A stretch of DNA of 32,000 bases, from NCBI GenBank assembly GCA_963666345.1, contig OY762721.1, positions 3,661,258 to 3,693,257 of the forward strand, in the 5' to 3' direction. Positions 26,096 to 32,000 of the stretch are shown piece after piece. The notes beneath the pieces were generated by a model. It did no database searches. It was not told the origin of the DNA and saw nothing but the letters and a program-made list of their open reading frames with translations. Source of the DNA: Desulfatiglandales bacterium (GTDB taxonomy: Bacteria > Desulfobacterota > DSM-4660 > Desulfatiglandales > Desulfatiglandaceae). The position numbers and the translations under genes are program-made. Each line of letters starts with the position of its first letter. Within the stretch, counting starts at the first letter, position 1.

Positions 26096-26335
26096 ATGGA
26101 AAAAGTAGGAGCATATGAGGCCAAGACGCACCTGCCCAAGTTGCTTGAACGGGTGATGAAAGGGGAACGCATCACAATCACAAAACATGGTATCCCTGTC
26201 GCGGTACTCCAGTCGCCTGATCCTGAAAAAATGGTGAATACCGAATCGGTTATCGCCGAAATCCGTGAATTGCGGGACATGCATCGGCTTGACGGCGTCT
26301 CAATCCGTGAGATGATTGATGAAGGAAGAAGATGA
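26096..26335 (+). CDS. Type II antitoxin, Phd/YefM family
   Basis: MEKVGAYEAKTHLPKLLERVMKGERITITKHGIPVAVLQSP; stop overlaps the next start. Confidence 0.93.
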   Translation: MEKVGAYEAKTHLPKLLERVMKGERITITKHGIPVAVLQSPDPEKMVNTESVIAEIRELRDMHRLDGVSIREMIDEGRR

Positions 26336-26754
26336 TAATGGGCTCCTTTGTGGTGGATAATTCAATTGTGATGTCATGGTGTTTTAAAGATGAGGCAAAT
26401 CAATATGCCGATGCGGTGCTGGATTTTCTTTCCGAGGCAACCGCCTTTGTCCCGTCGATCTGGCCGTTTGAAGTAGTAAATGTATTGCTGGTGGCGGAGC
26501 GTCGAAAACGCCTCAGCGAAGCGGACAGCGTCCGGTTTATGACACTGTTGTCGCATCTGCCGATAGTTGTGGAATATGAACGTCCGGAAAGGACGATGAA
26601 GGATCTCCTGGCACTTGCAAGATCCAATAACCTTTCAAGCTATGACGCCTCCTATCTCGATCTTTCCATGAGAAAGGGCATTCCCATTGCCACATCGGAC
26701 AGACGGCTGATAGAGGCCTCAAAAAGGATCGATGTCCCGATTCTTGAAATTTGA
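26332..26754 (+). CDS. vapC: Type II toxin, VapC-like PIN-domain nuclease
   Basis: FVVDNSIVMSWCFKDE, PSIWPFEVVNVL, SYDASYLDLSMRKGIPIATSDRRLIEASK; 4-nt overlap with antitoxin. Confidence 0.93.
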   Translation: MIMGSFVVDNSIVMSWCFKDEANQYADAVLDFLSEATAFVPSIWPFEVVNVLLVAERRKRLSEADSVRFMTLLSHLPIVVEYERPERTMKDLLALARSNNLSSYDASYLDLSMRKGIPIATSDRRLIEASKRIDVPILEI

Positions 26755-26837
26755 AATCTCTCTTCGATACCCATGTTTCAACTCTGTGATATTCAAAGTG
26801 AATTCAGGCCTTTGGTAAGCTAATGCATGTTTTTTTT

Positions 26838-26915
26838 GTGCTCGGATAATTTTATGCACATAAAACTGTGCATCCTTGCTTCTCATTGCACATGTTTATG
26901 TGCATTTAGTAAAAT
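26838..26915. repeat. Hairpin-pair repeat element (copy A): GTGCTCGGATAATTTTATGCACA..TGTGCATCCTTG..TTGCACATGTTTATGTGCATT
   Basis: Hairpins 26854-26873 and 26887-26904; near-identical in order and spacing to 30120-30196. Confidence 0.85.
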
Positions 26916-27060
26916 TAACTATATGGTGCATCTTTTTATGATTCCAGTATCGGTTACGCTTTTATGGATGCGCAAAAAAAATAGTTTCTACTGTCAAATC
27001 TCTGATATTTTTGCTAAAAATCAGAGCATCATTTATGAGTTTCAATGTCAGTGAGGTAAA

Positions 27061-27942
27061 ATGAAAACTTCAGAATCCCTGCTCATAGGAGCATTCGATA
27101 TCCACATACATGCGGGACCCGACATAGTTCCCAGGAAAATGGATGCTGTCGATCTGGTCTCAGAGGCCAGGGATGTCGGAATGGCCGGAATTCTCATAAA
27201 AGATCATGTTAAACCTACTTCTGATCGGGCATATATGTTGAGTCGTTTATTTCCGGACATTCAGGTCTTTGGAGCCCTTGCTCTCAACTATACGGTGGGT
27301 GGGATAAACCTCCATGCGGTACGTGCGGCCGTTCGTAGCGATGTCAAGCAAATCTACATGCCTACCTTCTCTGCTGCCCATGATATAAGGCAGGGGGGAG
27401 GTGTCAGGGAGTCATACAGAGATCTTGTCCCGCAAAATGAAGATGTTGGAATTAAAATCGTGGATAATGAGGGAAACTTTATGAGAGCTTTGAATGAAAT
27501 CCTGAAAACTGTTGCCGAAAGTGACACGATTCTGGGGACCGGTCATATTTCCCCTCATGAATCTTTAGGTTTAATAAAAAGAGCCAGGGCGCTTGGTGTC
27601 GATAAAATACTGGTAACTCACCCTATGAGTCACTCGGTTGACATGCCTTTGAAAGACCAGAAAGAGGCTGTCTCAATGGGTGCAATCATAGAACACTGTT
27701 ATTTTGCCTGCACACCGCTTGCGTGCAGCGAACCTTTAGAGGCTCTAAGAAAGATGGCTGCACAAATCCAAGCGGTTGGACCTGGAAATTGTATTATGTC
27801 CACCGATTTGGGCCAATCCCAAAACATTTCTCCTGTTGAGGGCATGAAGGAATTCATTGAGAAAATGCTCTCTTGCGGTATCTCAGAAGAACAAATTGAT
27901 ATAATGATAAGGAAAAATCCGAAAAAGATCCTTGGGCTGTAA
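27061..27942 (+). CDS. DUF6282-family, amidohydrolase-like protein
   Basis: FDIHIHAGPDIVPRKMDAVDLVSEARDVGMAGILIKDH, INLHAVRAAVRSDVKQIYMPTFSAAHD, TGHISPHESL, VTHPM, CIMSTDLGQ. Confidence 0.82.
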   Translation: MKTSESLLIGAFDIHIHAGPDIVPRKMDAVDLVSEARDVGMAGILIKDHVKPTSDRAYMLSRLFPDIQVFGALALNYTVGGINLHAVRAAVRSDVKQIYMPTFSAAHDIRQGGGVRESYRDLVPQNEDVGIKIVDNEGNFMRALNEILKTVAESDTILGTGHISPHESLGLIKRARALGVDKILVTHPMSHSVDMPLKDQKEAVSMGAIIEHCYFACTPLACSEPLEALRKMAAQIQAVGPGNCIMSTDLGQSQNISPVEGMKEFIEKMLSCGISEEQIDIMIRKNPKKILGL

Positions 27943-28042
27943 ACGTCATTGAACGGGTTATTCCCTTAAAAGTCTTTATTGAAACGACAGACATACCCGG
28001 CGAATTAACCAATTGACAAATAATCAGGGGAGATATCAGCAA

Positions 28043-29005
28043 ATGTATGAACTCGAATTAATAGAATCGGCAGAAAAACTGGTAAGGGAAGTAATAAGGG
28101 TAAAAAAGGAAGACAGCGTGCTTGTGGTTACTGACGCTGATAAATTGAACGTTGCCAAGGCGCTTTCGCTCTCCTGCCGGGGACTTGGCTCTGAAACAGT
28201 CATCACAATTGTTCCCTTAACAGGTGAACACGGCCAGGAACCTCCGGCAACAGTTGCAGCAGCTATGAAGGCTGCCGATGTGGTATTTGCTCCTACAACC
28301 CATGCCCTTACACATACCCGGGCGAGACTGGATGCCTTTAAAGCCGGGGCCCGCGTAATAATACTGAGAGGCGTGACCGAAGACATGATGGTAAGAGGGG
28401 CGATGACCGTAGATTTTAATGAACTTAAGGAAAGGACCGGGACCATTTCAGAAAAACTTGGTAAGGCGAACAATATTTCAGTGACTTCCCATGAGGGTAC
28501 AAATGTCACTTTCAGTATTGCAGGCCGTAATGCCTTTTCGCTTGACGGTTTTTTTCATGAAGAATACGGATTTGCCACACTGCCGCCGGGAGAGGCGCCG
28601 ACCTGTCCGGTGGAAGGAACAATGGAAGGGACATTGGTTTTTGATTATTCCATGGATGGCATCGGAAAACTGAGCCAGCCCCTTAGGCTTGAAATCAGAC
28701 AGGGTGAAGTCGTTTCTGTTTCAGGCGGAATAGAAGAGGTAAGCTTTCTTGAGCAGATATTTGAAAAAGACCCGACAGCGCGAAATATAGCTGAATTTGC
28801 CGTCGGAACAAATCCCAACGCGCGACTTATCGGGAATCTTGCGGAAGACAAAAAACTGGCCGGTACGGTCCACTTTGCCGTAGGGGACAATAAGTCTCTT
28901 GGGGGAGTTGTTGAAAGCAGTGTGCATCTCGACGGACTGATGCTAAAGCCGACCGTTATTGCAGATTATGCCACCCTGGTCAGCGAAGGCAAGTTGGTTT
29001 TATAA
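28043..29005 (+). CDS. M29-like (leucyl) aminopeptidase family protein
   Basis: VVTDADKLNVAKALSLSCRGLGSETVITIVP, FAPTTHALTHTRARLDAFKAGARVIILRGVTEDMM, AEFAVGTNPNARLIGNLAEDKKLAGTVHFAVGDNKSLGG. ATG 28043 preferred to 28013. Confidence 0.82.
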   Translation: MYELELIESAEKLVREVIRVKKEDSVLVVTDADKLNVAKALSLSCRGLGSETVITIVPLTGEHGQEPPATVAAAMKAADVVFAPTTHALTHTRARLDAFKAGARVIILRGVTEDMMVRGAMTVDFNELKERTGTISEKLGKANNISVTSHEGTNVTFSIAGRNAFSLDGFFHEEYGFATLPPGEAPTCPVEGTMEGTLVFDYSMDGIGKLSQPLRLEIRQGEVVSVSGGIEEVSFLEQIFEKDPTARNIAEFAVGTNPNARLIGNLAEDKKLAGTVHFAVGDNKSLGGVVESSVHLDGLMLKPTVIADYATLVSEGKLVL

Positions 29006-29379
29006 ATACAGGGTCTTGAGTGGAGCAGATGATTAAAAGCGGTATAAGTCCTAGTCATAACTATTAAAAACAAGTACTCAAAACGCTCCAAAATTTCAGG
29101 GAAAAAACCTAGTGAAATTTTAAGATATTTTTCCATTGATCTGAATGCCTCTGGAGTTGCCCGACTCCAAGTCTCTGCAAAATCTTATAATAGTCGTTAG
29201 CTAGGCTAGAATATCCTTTTCCGCTTGACATGCCGCCTTTTTCTTCTATCGTATTAGCCGTCTTTTCATAAGGTTATTGGGGAAATGGGGACCTGAGGTA
29301 ATTCCTTGCGTCTGCTTCGGCAGCATACAGGCGGGGCGACCGCTTACACAAACAGATGTCATTTTTCAGGAGATTTCCA

Positions 29380-30075
29380 ATGTCAGTATTTTTTACCGAT
29401 TACAGCGAGTTTCTGATCAGGATACTTATAGCATCGTTGCTGGGCGGATTGATCGGTCTGGAAAGAGATATTCACGGACGCGCGGCCGGTCTCAGGACTC
29501 ATCTGCTGGTCAGCCTGGGAGCGGCGGTTTTTACGATCCTGTCCGGGGTCATTGCCGGCAGTGTCGGACCATCGGGGTTTCAAGGCGACCCGGGTCGGAT
29601 CGCGGCTCAGGTCGTGACAGGCATCGGGTTTTTGGGAGCCGGTGTGATTATAAAGGAAGGCATCAATGTCCGCGGTTTGACGACCGCCGCGTGCCTGTGG
29701 ACAGTGGCTGCAATCGGAATGGCGGCCGGAAGCGGTTGTTACCTGCTTGCCGTTTCTACTACCGGTATTGCCTTAATCGGCCTTGTAATCATTAAATATT
29801 TCGAGAGCTTGTACTCCAAGGATTCTTACAGAATCTTGTGTATCAGCACTCCGATCGAAGTTAATACCTCCCGGATAATAGATATCGTCAAGAGCAGCAG
29901 GTTAAGGGTCCTTACCTGTGACATAGAGAAAAACTATGAAACCGGCATTTCCCTTACGAGATTGTACATCCGGCTCTTTCACCGCGGCATTACAGACAAG
30001 CTTGCTCACGGCGTTATCAGTTCGCTTGAGAGTTCTTCCCTCAAGCTTAAAGAGGTTAAATGGGAGCACGCATAG
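29380..30075 (+). CDS. MgtC/SapB family membrane protein
   Basis: RILIASLLGGLIGLERDIHGRAAGLRTHLLVSLGAAVFTILSG, DPGRIAAQVVTGIGFLGAGVIIKEGINVRGLTTAACLWTVAAIGMAAGSG. ATG 29380 is an alternative to 29356. Confidence 0.93.
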   Translation: MSVFFTDYSEFLIRILIASLLGGLIGLERDIHGRAAGLRTHLLVSLGAAVFTILSGVIAGSVGPSGFQGDPGRIAAQVVTGIGFLGAGVIIKEGINVRGLTTAACLWTVAAIGMAAGSGCYLLAVSTTGIALIGLVIIKYFESLYSKDSYRILCISTPIEVNTSRIIDIVKSSRLRVLTCDIEKNYETGISLTRLYIRLFHRGITDKLAHGVISSLESSSLKLKEVKWEHA

Positions 30076-30106
30076 AAGCAGGCCTGCTACGGCTCCGATA
30101 TATTTA

Positions 30107-30186
30107 TGCACATAAAAATGTGCACGGATAATTTTATGCACATGTTTTTGTGCATCCTTGTTTCACAATGCACATGTTTATGTGCA
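30107..30186. repeat. Hairpin-triplet repeat element (copy B) of the GTGCA family
   Basis: TGCACAT-N4-ATGTGCA 30107-30124, ATGCACA-N6-TGTGCAT 30136-30155, TGCACAT-N4-ATGTGCA 30169-30186. Confidence 0.9.
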
Positions 30187-30868
30187 TTCAATAAAAAATT
30201 GCAATAAATCGGCTAAAAACATGTTTTCTTCTTGACATAACCTGTCATTCCACTAACCTACCTTTCGTACCATTGCTTCAAACAGCCTTTTTATTAAAAA
30301 AGGGCCCTGACCATGACGCTTCACCTGAAATTTTGCCTATCCCCCTCCTGACGGAAGATTTCTTTTCTGCCGGGGGGTGCTTGAAAGAATCAAATATATT
30401 TTTAGAAGCTTATTTTTCGGCTCACTCGAAAAGCGGCAGGCTTTTGACTGGTAGAGTTTCAGACTGTTTGTTGAGGGTGCTTCTTTTGATTCATCTGGAG
30501 CATTTGAAGCATGCGCTAGGGAGTAAAGAGCCCCTTGGACGAGTTGTGAAGGTGAAACAATGGTCTCTTATATATAAACCATATATCACTCCTCGCTAAG
30601 GGTTGAAAACTGCTTAATTGCTTGTAATGATAAGGTTTATGCCAGTTCAGAGAAGGGATATTATGACGCGATTTTGCAGCATATAGGGTTAGGGGTCGAG
30701 CCGCGGTAACGTAATGAAATAACTTGGAAAGAATACTAAAAAGGGTCAAGAATATTGAAAAGGGCGGTATATGACTCAATAACAGGTATTTTTGGAATGA
30801 TTCTTATCCACGATCAATAGATTGTTGAGGTCCAACCGCAAGACAAACGTAGGGTCGAGGTCGAGACT

Positions 30869-31198
30869 ATGCTGATTAACGTGGAATTCTTACAGAATGA
30901 GTTAGTGAAGCCCTTCTTTGAAGTCAAAATGGTCTTCAATGAGAATGGTGCCATATTCTTCTCTGTGGACAAACATCACAGAGACATGAAAGGTCCGGGT
31001 ATCTCTTACGAAGACGATTACAAGGGCAATGCCCTGGCTGCAATGCTGGCTTTTGGGAAAGTTGAAATACGGTTTCATGGATCGTTCTCTGATGTCCGCG
31101 TCGCCTCCATTGTTTCATCCCTCATTAAAAATGAAGGTCTTATCTTTCTCGATGGCTGGCAGGTAACCTATCAAGGCAGGGTTCTTAAAATCGAATAA
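30869..31198 (+). CDS. Hypothetical protein
   Basis: 109-aa ORF with plausible amino-acid usage (MLINVEFLQNELVKPFFEVKMVFNENGAIFFSVDKHHRDMKGPG..); no family recognised. Confidence 0.45.
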   Translation: MLINVEFLQNELVKPFFEVKMVFNENGAIFFSVDKHHRDMKGPGISYEDDYKGNALAAMLAFGKVEIRFHGSFSDVRVASIVSSLIKNEGLIFLDGWQVTYQGRVLKIE

Positions 31199-31616
31199 CT
31201 GTGGATTGTACATATAGACATTCTGCCGAAGGTAATGAGCCGAAGCTACCGTGGTGAAGGTCTCCTCAGGGAGAAACGGGAAACCATCGGATCAAAATCG
31301 CGATCATCATGGAGCAGGGGCAATCCTTCCATGATGCAGAAGGTTCCGATAATTACATCAATTGGTTTTCGAACCGTAACCGCGGATTTTCGGAGTGCCC
31401 GGTAATTTTGGGCACTTTGAATAGCGATATTATATCCACCGATCTGGCGAAACGGGAGAGCGCTGAGCAAGCCCCTGGCAGTTTTATAATGGGTCTGGGG
31501 TCGGACCGAGATAACTAGCTAAAATAACATCTAAAAGCTTGGAAATTAAGTGTTTTTCAATGCTCAAACCATCAATTTTGATGCCAAAATTGGCTGATTA
31601 AGCAAATGGTAATAAT

Positions 31617-32000
31617 ATGCCAAGGGCAAATCGTCATTATATACCTGGATATGTATGGCATATAACCCATAGGTGCCACAAGAAAGAGTTTCTCCTTAAG
31701 TTTGCCCGGGACCGTCGGCGTTGGATAGAGTGGCTCTTCGAAGCGAAAAAGAGATATGGTTTAAGCATTCTCAACTACATGGTTACATCAAACCATATTC
31801 ATTTGTTGGTCTCAGACAGTGGTAAAAGGGACACAATACCTAAATCAATTCAACTGATAGCCGGTAGAACAGGTCAGGAATATAATCACAGGAAGGGAAG
31901 GAAGGGTGCCTTTTGGGAAGACCGTTATCATGCCACTGCAGTTGCGTTGGATGAACATCTGTTCAAATGCATGGTATACATTGATATGAATATGGTAAGG
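31617..32000 (+). mobile_element. REP-associated tyrosine transposase (RAYT, Y1/IS200-like), 3' end truncated by window edge
   Basis: Open frame to the window end: MPRANRHYIPGYVWHITHRCHKKEFLLKFARDRRRWIEWLFEAKKRYGLSILNYMVTSNHIHLLVSD..GAFWEDRYHATAV..CMVYIDMNMVR. HUH motif (H-I-H) codons 31794-31802. Absent from the ORF track because no stop is reached. Confidence 0.92.

Noticed and set aside
26827-27054. 75-aa track ORF MFFLCSDNFMHIKLCILASHCTCLCAFSK..
   Set aside because: It is simply a read-through of the hairpin repeat element and AT-rich DNA. The same kind of peptide would arise from the copy at 30.1 kb. No RBS or family.
29277-29795. 172-aa ORF overlapping the MgtC/SapB gene
   Set aside because: Out-of-frame with the clear MgtC frame; Arg/Gly/Ser-rich shadow ORF.
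30273-30868. Weak ORFs (108 aa plus strand, 87 aa minus strand) after the hairpin cluster
   Set aside because: No motifs, RBS or convincing codon usage; called non-coding here.

Overview
The window looks like accessory chromosome of a strictly anaerobic bacterium, possibly a sulfate reducer or deltaproteobacterium-like organism (inference only). Four blocks are visible. (1) 1-7.3 kb, AT-richer by eye: a histidinol-dehydrogenase-like enzyme (cut by the window start), a complete tripartite tricarboxylate transporter (TctC/B/A), a sulfatase-superfamily protein with Thr where the formylglycine precursor Cys/Ser normally sits, an SDR and a 3-hydroxyacyl-CoA-dehydrogenase-like protein. (2) 7.6-22.5 kb: a nitrilase, a Tm-1-like/UPF0261 protein, a receiver-domain regulator, a LysR regulator, then a split PEP-synthase-like pair matching the architecture of phenylphosphate synthase alpha/beta, a UbiD-family (de)carboxylase, an EntE-like acyl-adenylate/CoA ligase, a low-molecular-weight protein tyrosine phosphatase-like protein, a second Tm-1-like protein, an LpdD-like prenyl-flavin chaperone and UbiX. 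This is a strong candidate for an anaerobic phenol/catechol-type activation and carboxylation cluster with non-standard parts. (3) 22.5-25.5 kb, minus strand: an uncharacterised gene set with a PLA2-like CCxxHDxC protein, a coiled-coil lipoprotein and a membrane protein, followed by a Phd/VapC-type toxin-antitoxin pair. (4) 27-32 kb: DUF6282 amidohydrolase-like protein, M29-like aminopeptidase, MgtC/SapB protein and a REP-associated (RAYT/Y1, HUH) transposase running off the window end that the ORF track misses. A family of TGCACA(T)...(A)TGTGCA hairpins recurs in four intergenic spots between 25.6 and 30.2 kb, two of them sharing a roughly 75-nt near-identical core. All calls come from reading the sequence and family recall; no database search was run.
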